Shown: positions 37,350 through 51,879, counted from the first letter of the stretch. The stretch: 64,000 nucleotides of DNA from Octopus vulgaris (GCA_951406725.2 OX597821.1:69068001-69132000); one strand, 5' to 3'. Translations and numbers: made by a program. Notes: a model not told the origin generated them from the letters alone.

Positions 37350-37690
37350 TTTGCTTGTTTCAGTCATTAGACTGCAGCCATGCATCTTGAAGAATTTCAG
37401 TTGAACAAATCAACCCCAGTACTTATTTTTTTAAAGCCTGATACCTATTCTATTGATCTGTTTTTGCTGAATCACTAAGTTACAGACATGTAAACACACC
37501 AGCACTAGTTGTCAAACGGTGATAGGCAACAAACATAGACACAAAGTCGCGCACACACACACATACATGTATGATGGGCTTCTTTCAGTTTCTGCCTGCC
37601 AAATCTATAGTAGATGACACTTACCAAGGGTGCCATGCAGTGGGACTGAACCCAGAACTATGTGTTTGAGAAACAAACTTCTTACCATAT
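37350..37690 (-). mobile_element. Dominant SINE
   Basis: Family head and tail motifs. Confidence 0.7.
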
Positions 37691-38849
37691 AGGTTTTTAT
37701 GGAGAAATCTAGTCATCATTGAGTTCAGTATGGACTTGTCCAGGGAACAGAGAGAAATGGAACATTTCACAACAGGATGAAAAAAGTCAAAATAAAAAAA
37801 AATGTTTCCATTTGAAGTAATATTTAATTATTTCACATTTGATTTTTAATATTTGCCTTTATTTATGATTATAATTTTACACCAATGGTAACACAAAGTA
37901 AGTATAAAGACAAGAGGTAACTAAAATTTTTGTTATGCCATCATAGCAACCTGAGGTGTAAACATTCTAACATTGTCCCTAGCTTTCTTAATTTAATCCT
38001 CACATATCTCCTCTTTAGGGTGAAGAGATGGGGTGTCTCCTTTTACGAGAAACATTGATCTTGGGCATTCTAGTTAAGATCCTTCATCTTCAGTTTATGT
38101 GTGTGTGTGGAGGCATAGCTATGTGATTGAGAAGTTGGCTTCACAAGCATGTAGTTTCAGGTTCAGTCCCACTGTATGACACCTTGGGCAATGACCTTTA
38201 CTGTAACTCTAGGCCAACCAAGCCTTATGAGTGGATTTGGTAGATGAAAACTGAAAGAAGCTTATCATATGACTGCATTGTTAATACATGATGTCTTTTT
38301 GATCTATGCACTATGCACTGAAGAGGTTTTACTGCTGTTTCTTGTAGGCTGAGCAACCACTTAGAGACTTCCTGATTGACTCATTGTTCATGTTGTTATT
38401 GTTTAAGGCCAGTTGGCTCTATTTCAGGCAAAATGCAATTGCCATAGACAAAAGATTGTTGTAAAATTTTGCTCTATTAAATATCTCCAGACATTATATA
38501 CAAGCTTCTTCATTTGGTTTGAAGTGCTTCAGTATGTGCAAATTGTGGTGAACAGGTCAACTGTTATCTAGATTGCATAGTTCACTATCGTGAGGTCAAG
38601 TTGTATTCTGATTGACATATGCATATACACACACACACTTACATGTGAGTATTTTTTTTTAAAAGCAAGCTAAAGAATACTGAATACATCAAATAGAATA
38701 AATACTTCTTATATTGTAGTTAAATATGATTTCCCATTACTTTCATTTTCTTGCCTGATAATAATACATGTACAACACACACACAGGCACAAGTACGTGA
38801 TTAAATGTGAATTATTTCACTTTATTTTATGACTTACAGTTCAAAGTAC

Positions 38850-39248
38850 ATCTTTTGTTTTATACTAGTTTCAGTCGTTGGGCTACGGCCATACTGAGGT
38901 TCACTCTTGAAGATTTTAGTTGAACAAATCAACCCAATTATTTAGTTTTTTAAAATCTGGTACTTATTCTGTTAGTCTCCTTTGCCAAACTGCTAACTTA
39001 CAGGGATGTAAACAAACCAACACCGGTTTTCAAGCAGTGGTGTTGAGGGGCAGACTCAAAAGTACTTGTATACACATACATATGATGGGCTTCAATACAG
39101 TTTCTTTTTATCAAGTTCACTCACAAGGCATTGGTTGGCTCAAGGCTATAATAGAAGACACTTGCCTGAGGTGCTGTGCAGTGGGACTGAACGCGAAACC
39201 TCGGGGTCCTAAAGCAGGTTTCTCAACCACATCGCCTTTACCTGCACC
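38850..39248 (-). mobile_element. Dominant SINE, diverged
   Basis: Family head and tail motifs. Confidence 0.65.
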
Positions 39249-39370
39249 TATTGCATACAGAAATTTTTTTACTCTTTTAAATTTAAACTTTTAAAATGAG
39301 CCTAATGATATTATTGACAGTATCAAGGGCATCAGAAAAATTAACATCATGCAATCTATGACCATTTGAT

Positions 39371-39644
39371 TCTTTTATCCTTTTACTTGTTTCAGTCAGT
39401 TGACTGCAGCCATGCTGGGGCACCACCTGGAAGGGTTTTTAGTTGAATGAATCGACCCCAGTATTTCTTTCTTTCTTTTTTTTTTTTTGAAAGCCTGGTA
39501 CTTATTCTATTGGTTCCTTTTTGCCAGGGATGTAAGCACACCAACACCGGTTATCAAGTGGTGATGAGGAGACAAACATAGACACAAAGACATACACACA
39601 TAGATATATTCATACATGCATGCATGCATACATACATACATTGA

Positions 39645-39680
<36 letters not shown>

Positions 39681-39687
39681 CATATAT

Positions 39688-39759
<72 letters not shown>

Positions 39760-39922
39760 GATGGGCTTCTTTCAGTTTCTGTCTACCAAATCCATTCACA
39801 AAGCTTTGGTTGGCCCGAGGTTATAGCAGAAGACACTTGGTGTAGGTGCCACACAGTAGGACTGAACCTGGAATCATGATGGTTGGGAAGCAAGCTTCTT
39901 ACCATACAGCCAGGCCTGTGCC
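39371..39922 (-). mobile_element. Dominant SINE with expanded internal microsatellite
   Basis: Family head and tail motifs flanking a (CATA)n(CA)n(TA)n run. Confidence 0.8.
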
Positions 39923-40059
39923 TCCACACAGCCAATGGAAGGCGTGCATTAAAGATAAATAAGAATAAAATAGCATTTAGTCAGATATCCAAAATTTCTC
40001 TGATTGGAAGGACATCCACAAGGCAAACCTGGAAGCCTACTAATCATGTTGTGTGGTGC

Positions 40060-40950
40060 TTTGTTCCATTTTTTAGCTTTATAATCATTCATATAGCTCA
40101 CTCAATTTCATGATTTCCTTTGTTGAATATTCATGTTCATCCATTTCCATAAGTTTTCTATTAGATTTAAATTCAGGGATTGCAAAAAAAAAAAAAAAAA
40201 GCCAAGAAAAAAGAAAACAGAACTACAGTAGTTCTGAAGTTTTACTTTTTGATTTTGATGAATTTCTTGTTTTATTCCTGTGGTATTCTTCAGGTTGTTG
40301 TAATGTTGAGAAAACCTATGACTAGTCCAAATGACTCTTGGCATATGAAAGCATAGGTTTTTTTTTTCCTCAAGAATCTCCAGATAGGCTGTACTCTTCA
40401 TGCTGCCTTTGGTTATGTGACTAACCCCTTTTCCAGGAGCATTCAATCTCAAACCATGTTATTTGTCACTGTTGTGCTTTAAGTCAGATTCATACTTCAG
40501 GTGAAATTAGTCTCATGTATGATATCGGACATACACTTAGCCATCAAAGCCTAACAAATTAAATTTTCACTTGACCACTTTGATGACATCCAATCCTTAT
40601 GCTCTTGAGCAAAGTGAATGCAAATATGTTGAATTTTCATTGTCATCTACATATTTTTTTTAATGCACTACACATCCTATCATCCCAAATTACTTAGGCA
40701 ATTTTTTCTATGGTAGTGACACCAGTTTGCATATGCTTTTTCTTTTGAAAATTATTCAAAATGTCAACAGCAGTCATTTTCCTCAACCTCATTGCCAAAT
40801 GGAATATTTATTGGTTTATCCTATCAGTTACGGCTGCCCTGTTTCAGGATGGTCAGAATAGCTGCCAATTTCGCTGAAAATGTTTGTAATATAGTGAGCA
40901 GCAGTTATTGAACAGCCAACTTCAGCTTTTTCATTTGCCCATCACAACAG
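40060..40950 (-). pseudogene. Heavily decayed Tc1-like transposase remnant
   Basis: QSLNLNLIENLWKWM resembles SPDLNPIENLW; FSQHYNNLKNT resembles FQQDNDPKHT; AYLEILEE. Boundaries uncertain. Confidence 0.6.
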
Positions 40951-41380
40951 ATCATAAGATATAAATAGTTTAGGAAGATATAAATAGATTATATACATGT
41001 TATAAATAGTTTGTCCTACTTACACGGAATATAGTATTCAAATAGGTTTTACCTAAAGTGTTCTTAAATTGCTGTTAATTTTCTGGCTTTATCGATATTA
41101 TCAGTTGATGCATTAGCTAATTAAAGTTTTCATATTATTTATAACAGTAAGTAAATAATTTTTTTATTTATATAATTTGAGTCCAAAGTCATTAAATGTA
41201 TGGAAATAATTAACATTTGATCATCAGAACTTTGTGTGTGTAAATTGTATATGTGTATATATACATGTTTTTATGTGCATGTGTGTATATACATGTATAC
41301 ATGCATGTCTATATGTGTGTGCATATATATATATATGTATATATGTATGTATATAGATTTATATACAAATGTGTATGTAT

Positions 41381-41430
<50 letters not shown>

Positions 41431-43609
41431 CTATATATAATAATAAGGTCTAGGGAGAGCTGAAGAGCAGAAGGTCTTCAAGGAAGAAACCTCGACCTCA
41501 TACATCTGTTCCAACCCATAACACTATACCACGGTAAGGGGTCCCGGGTCACATCCATGTCATGATTCCTGGATATCCTTCTGCTGCTACATCCTGTGCT
41601 GCTGTCTGTCTGTTTGATAAACTTCACTCACTCAGATATGTCATCTTTGTATGTGGCTGTTGAAGTATTTGATAAAGGTTTTCTTTATCTTAAGGAACAT
41701 CCGATTAACTGGTATTTGATGTTGTTGATTGTTGTTTAACTCCAGGTCAGGTTTGAGCCAGCAGATCTATGATCAAAGGCATTGAACTATGATGGAAGCA
41801 TTTCAGCTAGGAATGTCCCATAACTTTTCAGATGTGTTTTGTGAAGGGCTACATTATTCAATTAGTTCTTCATTTTTTAAATGCAGTTCTAAGCAGTTGT
41901 TAAAGCTGCTATTTCTAACAAGTTATGCAACAGTGGAGTGACACCCCTCCCACTCTGCATTGTGTGATAGTTTCTTTCTTTCTTTCTTTCTTTTCTTTTC
42001 TTCTTTTTTTTTTTTTTAAGCTGATGAATATCTGAACTCTCTGCTTATCAGTTTTAACTAGCAACAGACAGGTCAGGCTCATAGTTTTTCATGGATCTGT
42101 CTGACTGCTTGTTGGATCACCTAACTGGTTTGCCAGCTTTTCTTTCTGTCCAGGGAACACAGGCCTTCAATTTACAAGCCATTGCTATATAACAAGCAGA
42201 GATATGGTTGTTCTCTGTCTCTCTCACTCTCTCTCTCCTCCTCCTCCTCCTTTCAATTACTCTCTCTTTCTCAATTGTCAGCTGGCTCTCTTGCTATATT
42301 AGTCACCCAGTAACAACTGTGCTAATCATTCTGTTTTTGTTATAGAAGCTTCAGTGCATTGGTCTGTTATATGTGTGTGTGTGCAAAATATTGGTGGTAG
42401 TAGTTGTGAAATAAGGCTTGTACTTGTGTGTATGTGTGTTTATATCAATGCCACTCTTCTGCGTTTGGGATATGCCTTGTACAGTGTCTGCGTGGATTTG
42501 TGTGTGTTTAATATCAGTGTTGGTAATGATGGGATATCTTGTACACTGTGTGTGTGTGTATGTCAACAGTGCATTGTTATTATATTATTGGTTGGTAAGA
42601 TATAAGTGCGTGTGGTTGTTGATATTGGTGGTGCCAGGTTATGTTTTGCTTGTACATGCATATGGACATGTGTGTTAATACTGAGGGTGGGGCAATGTGT
42701 TGTGAACATGTGTGTGTGTGTTGGTGTGTGATATATGCAGAAGTGTGTTTATGTGTAGTAATATTGGTGGTAAAATTGTGTGTGTGTGAATATGGGGAGG
42801 TGACTGTGGGAATGTCAGGCTGGTGGTGGGGCACTGTATCATGTACATGGATATGTCTGTCTGTCTGTCTATCTGTGTGTGTGTGTGTGTGCATGTTGTC
42901 ATCACATCAGGTTAGTGAGAGTTTATGTCCCTGCACGGTATACGCATTTGTGTTGTATGACTTGCCTGCCTCAGATGTTATTTCTGTTGTTTTTCTCTAA
43001 TACCAAAAAAGAAAAATCAGAAACAATCTCATCATAGTTACGACAACAGCAATAGAAAATAATGAGGTTGGTTTGAGAACAACAGGCATACACAGTTGCC
43101 CTCTCTTTCTCTCCCTTTCACACACACATACACACTCACTCACGCAGGCACACAGCTGTACGATTGGTGAAATTTAATTATTTCAATCATTTGTGATAAC
43201 TGATTCTTATGCTGTCAGAAACAAGTGACTCTTATCTCAGCCCTGAGTTATTGGGCTATTTCTACTGTTATGAAAGGTCACATTTATTAACCCACAGTTA
43301 TATTGCTATGGCTATTCCTTTGGTACATAGTTGTCATAATGTCGTGTGGATATGTTTTGTATCAGGATGACCATATGTTGCACAACCATATTGTTTGTAA
43401 TGTATATAAAATGAGTGTCTTCATCTTTGCCCTTGAGTTGTTAGGTTGTTTGTATGATATTAGAATTCACATTTAATACTCAATAACCCACAGTAATTGA
43501 GTATTAAATTTACCTTGCTTTGTGGTTATTGTATTGTCAGATAATATCTTTGTTTTTATCCTTATAACCATATTCCTATGGATATATGGTAATCAGCATA
43601 TCATCTCTT

Positions 43610-43932
43610 GACTCAGTCAGTCACGAATGACCATGGGTGAACTTAAGCGATTCCCATTTTGGAATGCACAGGGTTGTTTTCATGGAAGACCATCAGTCGC
43701 CCATGCATACCAGCCTCCCCTCTCCATGCCACCGATGTTATCCAAGGAAAAGGCAAAGGCCGATACAGCTTGGCACCAGTGATGTCGCAACTCATTTCTA
43801 CAGCTGAGTGAAGTGGAGCAACGTGAAATATAAAGTGTCTTGCTCAAGAACACAACACGCAGCCCGGTCCAGGAATTGAACTCACAACCTCATGATCGTA
43901 AGCGTGACACTCTAACCACTGAACCATGTGCA
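43610..43932 (-). mobile_element. tRNA-derived SINE
   Basis: Minus strand TGGTTCAGTGG (A box) and GTTCAATTCC (B box), then TGTGTTCTTGAGCAAGACACTT body. Confidence 0.75.
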
Positions 43933-44499
43933 TATCATAGTGATGTATATATTGCAGTACCATTGTGATATGTTCATTGCCATGCCATTGTGCCAGTTTG
44001 TGATGGTCATTGCTCTCTCTTTGTGAGATGGCCTCTGTGGCACCATAGTAAGATAGCTATCACTACATAAAAGAGAGACAGCTGCATTTTGTGTTACCAT
44101 TATAGTGATATATTTATTACATCCTTCTATATTGCTATATGATAGAAATATAGTTTTTGTTATAATATACAAATTAGGTTATTTGCTACATACTTATTGC
44201 TATATACTTATTATAAACCAACTAAAATATAGTCTCTGTACGATAGTTATTGATGTTATAATTCAATAACAACTCAATATCATATGTAATCTTTAAGAGA
44301 AAAGATTTCATTTGGTGATATATTAATATTTTGTGACAGTTGCAATCATGCAACTAAATTCATATGATGGTGTAGGCCAAAAATAGATGTTCTTTAACAC
44401 GTTTCAATATTTTGAAACCTATTATATTAATCTTATAACATCTAAGTAAACAATATGGAAAAAAATAAATATTGTTCATTTTCACCTTATTTAAGGATA

Positions 44500-44635
44500 A
44501 AGTCCTAACTACATGGCTTTGAGTTCTGTTCCAATGCATGGCACTTTTGGCAAGTGTTTTGTGCTATAATCTAATCTCAGTCTGACCAAAGTGTTGTGAG
44601 TGGATTTGGTTGACTGAAACTGAAAGGAGCCTGTT

Positions 44636-44678
<43 letters not shown>

Positions 44679-44910
44679 ATGTGCTATTGACATCGTGTGA
44701 TAGTTGTAAACAGGTGTCATCATCTTGCAAGCAGTGTTTTCATTTTCAATCTTCTGTGAAAACATGTCTGGTCACGGGGAAAATATTACCTTACTTGAAA
44801 ACAGGTTATGATTGATAACAGGAAGAGCACCCAGCTGTATAATATTTGCCTCAACAAATTCCCTCTGCTACATGTGAGCATGGAAAAGCAGATTTAAAAT
44901 GACAATGATG
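44500..44910 (+). mobile_element. SINE variant with (GAT)n-type tail
   Basis: Dominant head, (GT)n, alternative body ending GCATGGAAAA...ATGATGAT. Confidence 0.65.
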
Positions 44911-45431
44911 ATATACACACAAACACACACACACACACAGAGTATTTTAACTGAATGTTAATAATTCAACAGCAACTACCAGACATAATTGTTTTATTAT
45001 AATAATGTACAAAACAAAAAATTTTTAGAGCTTGTCCAAGCTTTCAATTTTGTTTTATTTTTTCTTCCCACAAGGGTGTAGTATTTGAAGCATGGATAAA
45101 TTTTAACAATGAGTTCAAGCAGTACTCACCAAGCATTTCATTCAAAATTTCATTATAATTGTGCTTCAATTTTCATTAAAAATGTAATTCAGGGTTATAA
45201 TTTCCTAAAATATTAAATGTGAAACTAAAGAAGCCCACTCTTTATTGGATGATAACTATATATCTTGACTTCAGTGCATTTATGATAATTTTCCTAATTT
45301 TCCTGGTTTCAGAATGTTTATTTCTGCTATGATAACTGAAATTTTGGCCTAAAACCTCATATAACATTGAGAGTATGATTTCAGCCTTGACCTAATCTTA
45401 TTCTATGTCCAAATACATTTGACCACATGCA

Positions 45432-45649
45432 TGAGGGGGTGTTGAAAAGTTCCTGGTTTTGGATAAAAGAAAATACAGGAGGATCAATTAATTATGTTTT
45501 TATTGAACCTATATCCCTCGCAGATCCACACATGTATTGCAGTGGTTCCCCCAGTTTTTCTAAGCCCTGTTAAAGAACTTGGAATGTTGGGCCTCCGACC
45601 AAGCTTTTTACGATACTCTTAAAGCTAAGGAACTTTTCAGCACCCACTG
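45432..45649. mobile_element. mariner-type MITE
   Basis: TIRs GGGTGTTGAAAAGTTCCT and AGGAACTTTTCAGCACCC. Confidence 0.7.
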
Positions 45650-47246
45650 TCAATCTACAGGATAGGAATAGATTCCATATATCATGTATATATATATATA
45701 TAGATATATATATATAAAGGCCAACATGCCAACGAGTTATTGGTTCAACCCTCTTTAGGAGATACTGTAAAAACCAACAATATTTTTTTAATGCATCATT
45801 GGTTACCACTCTTTGATCTGAATTTTGTAGAAGAGGACATGCTGAAATGCTGTCATAGAGTACTTTATTTTTCTTAGCCAGTATGGTTGCTCAACCAGTT
45901 AGATATATCAGCCTGATCTTCCTTTGGCTTTACATTACTGTCTTAAAAAAAAAAAAAAAAGTGAAGACAGTAGTTGATAATTTGGCCCGCATTAAATAGG
46001 GCATTAAAAAAAAAAAAGCAACAATCATTGCTGAGACACCTTTGATCAAAGGTCTGCTTAATCAGAGCTTTGCTAGGTCTAAACTGATACAGAGGGATCT
46101 TCTTAGTGTGTATGTATGTATGCATGCATGCATGCATGCGTGTGTGAGGGAGAGAGAAAGAGAGGTGGATGAGAATAAGAAATTATCCTGTAGCTGATTC
46201 TGAGCTATTAGAGAGAGAGAGAGTAGATTAGATCAGTAGTATTGGGTTAATATTTGTCTGATGTCTGACTGGTTCAGCTGTGTTGACTGACTTTTGTTAT
46301 GTTTTTCCTTCTTGATTTGTTGCTCAAAGTTAATCAGGTCAGTTTTAAGCTAATATTCATCAATCCAAGTGAATGTGCTAAAAAAACAAAAACCAAACCA
46401 AGCCAAGCCAAACCAAGTAATGTATATAAATGCCTTCTTGTTATAAGAATGTTGTTTTGTATAAATACCTTCTTGTTACAAGATTGTTATTTTATGTGTA
46501 TGACTGTTCATGTGTTGTAGCCCCAGGTCATCTCTGATCAGGCTGTCCTGCATTTAAGGATATTGTTTCAGTATTACTCTACAGCACTGTATATATGTTT
46601 GGGTCTTAAGGAAATGGTTTTATGTGTAATGACTGGAAACTACAGTAACAAACTATGCCTTTTACAAATCCAGAAGCCCTTTCATTTTTAGTATATTTGA
46701 TTGAGTCATATTGTTTGTGGGTGCACTGTTTTCTATCTATTGTTGGGATATGAGGGACCTAAGTAGGACAGGTATAGTTCATGATGGATCTAATATGTTG
46801 TTTATACACTATTATTGTTGTTGTTTCTTTCTGTTGACTGAATATGGTATCTGTGATTGCTCTGAGCATGTTTGTTCATCATGTTGCATTCTTTCCTGTT
46901 TTCTGTGTGCTTTGAATGATGTGGACAAATTGCATGTAACATTTTGTCTTCTGTGTGTTATGTTTATGTTGTTGAGTATGGAGTGATTTGAAGTGGGTGA
47001 GAGGAGTTGGATACAGCAATGATGGTGAGGTGGAAAAGGGAGTGAATCAGGGGTGCTAAAGCAAAGGAATGTGGGACCAGCTAGCTCTGAAGAACAAATT
47101 GAGCTACTTAGAATCTCTATTGTTGACTTGTGTATCACTTGGAATATGTATTCTTGGATTTTAGAATCAAATCTTAACAATTTGACATATATTTCTATCA
47201 TCCTTAAGGTGTTACCTACAGCTTACTAATAATTTATATAAGTGAA

Positions 47247-47455
47247 GTGGTAAGCTGACAGAGTTAACATGCTGAGCAAATTGCTTAGTGGCATTTTGTC
47301 CATCTTTGTGTTTTGAGTTCAAATTCTGCTGAGGTCAACTTTGCCTTTTATCCTTTCAAGGGCGATGAAAAAAGTACCAGTTGAGCATCGGAGTTGATGT
47401 TTTCAACTTACCCTGTTCTCTGAACTTGCTGGCTTTGTGCCAAAATTTGAAACCA
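47247..47455 (+). mobile_element. SINE with Meta-domain-like centre
   Basis: GAGTTCAAATTC B box, then GCCTTTTATCCTTTCAAGGGCGATGAAAAAAGTACCAG. Confidence 0.6.
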
Positions 47456-48086
47456 GTATTTTATATATGTGAATTTAAACCATTGTTGTATTCCATTTCA
47501 AGAAAGTTCATCCTTTCATAATTCTTAATATTCTTTGTGTCATGTGTAGAAAGTTATGTTTTTCATTAAATTTTCATATACATTGGAAAAGCTTGAGGCT
47601 ATATTAGCAATCATCATTTCCACTGTTAAAATAGTCCACACTCTTCTCTTTGCCTTCCTCTTTCTCTTAATCTTCTTCAAGAAATGTTTAGTTCTAGTAT
47701 AGCTGGAATAATCTGTTGTATCAGCTTTATTGAGGTTTTCATTTCACTCTACTTTGTCAAGTGATTCTTAATGAGACTTTCAACAGCAAACATGCACACA
47801 ACCAAATTTAATCATATTGTCATATCTCTCACTTTGGAAATGAAAATAAAATGTTTTTGGTGGATTGCCAAATGTAAGCAACATTGATCCTGTTTTGTGT
47901 GAAAATGGGGAGACCATACGGGTATTGTCAGTCATTATCTAATTTATACTCATTTATGAAAATAAACTAAATTGAATTGACAAATGTAATGATGATCTGG
48001 ATGATTTCAGATATACTGAATTCTTGACTTTTCTAACCCATGCCAACATAAAGAAATAAACATCATCATTATTTTAAGTCAGTTTA

Positions 48087-48300
48087 AGGTAGCAAGCTGG
48101 CAGAATCATTAGAACCCCAAACAAGAGGCTTTGTGGCATTTCTTCTGGCTTTTTATTCTGAGTACAAATTCTGCCAAGGTCAACTTTATCTGTCATTCTT
48201 TTGGGTTTGATAAAATAAGTATCAGTTGAACACTGGGATTGATGTAATTGACTAGCACCCCCTGCCTAAATTTCAGGCCTTGTGCTTATCATAGAAAGGG
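48087..48300 (+). mobile_element. SINE with Meta-domain-like centre
   Basis: Homologous to 47247-47455 and 58591-58785. Confidence 0.6.
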
Positions 48301-48499
48301 TTATTTTAAGTCAGTTTTTCTATATTGCTATAGAGTGAATTGTACCTCCAACCCAGTGACTCATCACTTACTGTAGCCTCTTGTCAACTCCCTTGTCCAG
48401 CATCCTCAGATTTGACTTCACAATTTTTCTCTTGGTTGTCCTCTTCTGTTGGACCCTTCAGTATTACATCTTATAGCAGAAACAACTGTAATCTAAGGA

Positions 48500-48733
48500 A
48501 GTTAACATAATTGTTTATTCTTTTGTCATCCCAATTTCTTATAAAATCATTGGCGATTTTTTTTCCTCCGCCTTCCCTTCCTTGAATCTTTCCTTTTTCC
48601 TATGTTTCTGACAAAGAGCTCCGCTCGAAATGTTAAATCCTCCTTCTTTCTTTCCCTTCCTGAGCGTCCAATAACACTATACTTGTTTCACGTCCTCGCG
48701 TTGTTTCCTCTATGTGTTTTCATGTTTGGATTA

Positions 48734-48774
<41 letters not shown>

Positions 48775-49030
48775 TTTGTCTTTGTTGATTGTTTACTCTG
48801 TTGTTTGTTCGTTCGAAGCCCTCACTCATCACAAATTTTATATTTAAAAAATTTTCTGGATGCAGCTGTCTTCTGAAATTTTCCTATCTTGTCACCGAAA
48901 GCATGAAATAGGGAGTAATAAAACAGTCAACAACTGAGGAGGAGTTAGACTTCTTTTGGTATTTTGTCCAGTACTTGTCTCTACTTATGTGTTTACGTAT
49001 TTTTCACTTGTTGGTGATGTCCTGTACTTA
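48500..49030 (+). mobile_element. Penelope-like pLTR remnant (bipartite) with decayed minimal hammerhead
   Basis: Colinear homology to 62008-62390(-). Contains GTTTCTGACAAAGAGCTCCGCTCGAAATGTTAAA. Confidence 0.55.
48604..48638 (+). ncRNA. Decayed minimal type I hammerhead motif
   Basis: GUUU CUGACAA A GAGC-UCC-GCUC GAAAU GUU AAAU. Two CpG-type transitions away from CUGACGA...GAAACGUU. Confidence 0.5.
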
Positions 49031-49874
49031 ATGTGTATTTTTTATTTATTATATATATATATATGAAATCATCAGTACCATCATCATTTCATTTATATCT
49101 TTTTTTTTAATGCTAGCATGGGTTGGCTGTGTATATATATAACACACCACACATGCACAGTCTGTTGTGAATCAGGTATATTTTGTGGAAGTTTAAATAA
49201 CAAAATGGCTCCATTTTCATAGAGAAGCATTAGTTGGTTTCATTGCCAAAGGGTTAATCATATTTTAATAGTTAGCTTTTTTTGCAATTGTTGCACAATG
49301 CTGTTCGCTCATATAGTTTTATTCACTTGAATAATTAAATATTCATATAATTGGAGACAAATGTGAAAAATTGTTTTTCAACTTTAACTAATTAGAGCTC
49401 TGATTAGTGGGTTGTTTAGTATTTTATAAATTTTAATTGCTAATTTATTAAATTTTTTTTTATGGCCTTGTGCCTATGTTAGAATTTTTTATTTTATAAA
49501 TTTTGGGTCTCATTCATTTCATTCATGCATTCGTCATCATTAAAAAAACATTAACTATGAACTAAGCTCTGGTTTATGAGAGTTTAGTTGATATGATACG
49601 ATACCACATTGTGTTATTGAAAGATTGGGGAGCAAAGAAGGCAAGCAATGGTAACAGTAACAACAGCAATAATAGTTCTTTCTACTATCAACATAATACC
49701 TGAAATTTTGTGTGGGAGGGGACTACTTGATTATGTCAGCCCCACCGGTGCTTAACTGGTACTTATTTTCATCATCCCCCAAAAGGATGAAATGCAGATT
49801 TTTGACTTAGACAGAAGAAATGCTGCTAAGCATTTTACATGACATGTTAATCTGCCAGATCATTGCCTTCATAT

Positions 49875-50040
49875 TACTGTATTTTAACATGTATAAGGAA
49901 CCCTTTTTTGTGAAAAATTAGGTTTAAAAAATATGGGAGTTTCTTATACATGGATAGTGTTATAATTCCTTACAAAACCCTTTTCCCAAATTTTAAGCTC
50001 ATAAAATTAGGGAGTTCCTTATACACAAGGGTTCCTTGTA
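49875..50040. mobile_element. Probable DNA-transposon terminal fragment with internal palindromes
   Basis: GTATAAGGAACCC ... GGGAGTTCCTTATAC ... GGGTTCCTTGTA subterminal inverted motifs. Confidence 0.4.
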
Positions 50041-50129
50041 ATTTTTACTTTGTTTTTCCAGGCTTGTATGAATTGGACAGTTTTTCTCCAACATAATGCT
50101 TTGCTGCTGGTTACATTCCTTTGTCATTT

Positions 50130-50860
50130 TTGTTGTGAGGCTCAGCTTTCTGAGATCAGTTTTTACTTCTTCCATTCATGTCTTCCTTAGTCTCTCTTTT
50201 CCACTGCTACCTTCCATATGAATATCTTAGCACTCCTTTACCTAACTGCCAACATCTATATGAATCATTTCTCTATAAGAATGTAGTTTTCTCTCTTTCA
50301 TGCTTCATCTGATTCCTCATATATCCAATGTTTGTTTCAGCTGTATTGTACTTTGTCATTCATATATACACTATCATTTTGCATTCAGTAAAACATCATT
50401 GCTCCATTTTACTGCAACCTATGCACATGTTCTACATTCAGGGACCATGCAACATCTTATTTCACTACCATGCTACATCTTACTTCATATATTGGCATAA
50501 TACAGTCTACCTTTCTCTTGAAGTGAGGAACCCTTTATTGCTAGCAGAGGTAATAGTTCTTTGAACTTTTCCCATCCTATTCTAACTCTTGATATTATGT
50601 TTTTAGAGCACACCACCTCACTGAAAATTAGGCTACCTAGGTAACAAAAGCTATCAGTTATATCTCTGGATCTTCCTGACTAATTAAATGAAATCCCCAT
50701 GTGCCATTTCTCTTGTTCTCTTGTCACATATGAAGTCTTTCTTTACTGTTATCTTACCTGGGATGCCACTATACTTTCTTGTGTATCAATAGTTTACATT
50801 TGGTACAGTTTGTAGAGATTTTAAGTGCTCTTTTTCTGTATATTGAGCATTGCCACTACC
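50130..50860 (-). pseudogene. Decayed RTE-clade LINE ORF fragment
   Basis: Minus translations DSFCYLGS and KFKELLPLLAIKGSSLQEKGRLY...HGSE are typical of RTE C-terminal regions. Many stops. Confidence 0.65.
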
Positions 50861-50872
50861 TGTATCACAACA

Positions 50873-51316
50873 TCATCATTTAACATCCACTTTTCCTTGC
50901 TTGCATGGGTTAGATGAAATTTGTTGAGGTGGACTTTCTGCAGATTGATATGTTTCCTGCTGCTAACACTTGCCTGTTTCCAAGTAAGCTAATATTTCTT
51001 CATAGCCAGACATGTTTCTCATGAAAGACTAGAAACAAACAACTTCACTAGTATAATGATGATGAGGCTCATTTACAACCATCTTCTGATATCTAAACAA
51101 AGGCACACACACACATGCATGCACACTCAGACACACACACATGCACACTCAGACACATACACACCACACCACACATAACACTCATACATGCATTCGCTGG
51201 GCTCCTTTCAGTTTCTAGGGCTATAGTAGAAGACACTTTACCTATGGTGCTGCATAGTGGGACTGAACTGAAGACCACATGATTGGGAAGCGAACTTCTT
51301 AACCACACGGCCATGC
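50873..51316 (-). mobile_element. SINE variant with (GAT)n-type tail
   Basis: Homologous to 29663-30080 and 44500-44910. Confidence 0.65.
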
Positions 51317-51737
51317 AGTCAAGTAATATTTCTTTGTTTGTCCTTTGAAAAAAAAATAAAAGTAAATGAGTGAAATCAAGCTGGTGAGTGTGTTAAATAA
51401 TCTTTTCTAACCCTTTCTGCCATGGGCACATTGACTGTCTCCCTACCCACAAAATCCAGGCCATCACATCGACACCCAATACTCAACTGGTACTTAATTT
51501 ATCAACCCCGAAAGGATGAAAGGCAAAGTTGACCTGGGTGGAATTTGAACTCAGAACATAGCGACGAGCAAAATACCTCTAAGCATTTTGTCAGGCATGC
51601 TAACAATTCTGCCAGCTCATTGCCTTGAGTGTGTTAAATAATAAGGCACTAAAAGAGAATGACTCTCCTTTGTAAAAGGGTTATCTTGTTATTTTGATGC
51701 TTCTTGTATATACATGATTTTTAAAATTTATTATATA

Positions 51738-51879
51738 GGCATAGGAGTGGCTGTGTGGTAAGTAGTTTGCTTACCAACCACATGGTTCCAGGTTCAGTCC
51801 CACTGCATGGCACCTTGGGCAAATGTCTTCTACTATAGCCTTGGGCTGACCAAAGCCTTGTGAGTGGAAGAAGCCTGTC

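Noticed and set aside
41454-41549. Possible plus-strand exon (GELKSRRSSRKKPRPHTSVPTHNTIP) ending at CG|GTAAGG
   Set aside because: No polypyrimidine tract at the acceptor and no recognisable homology.
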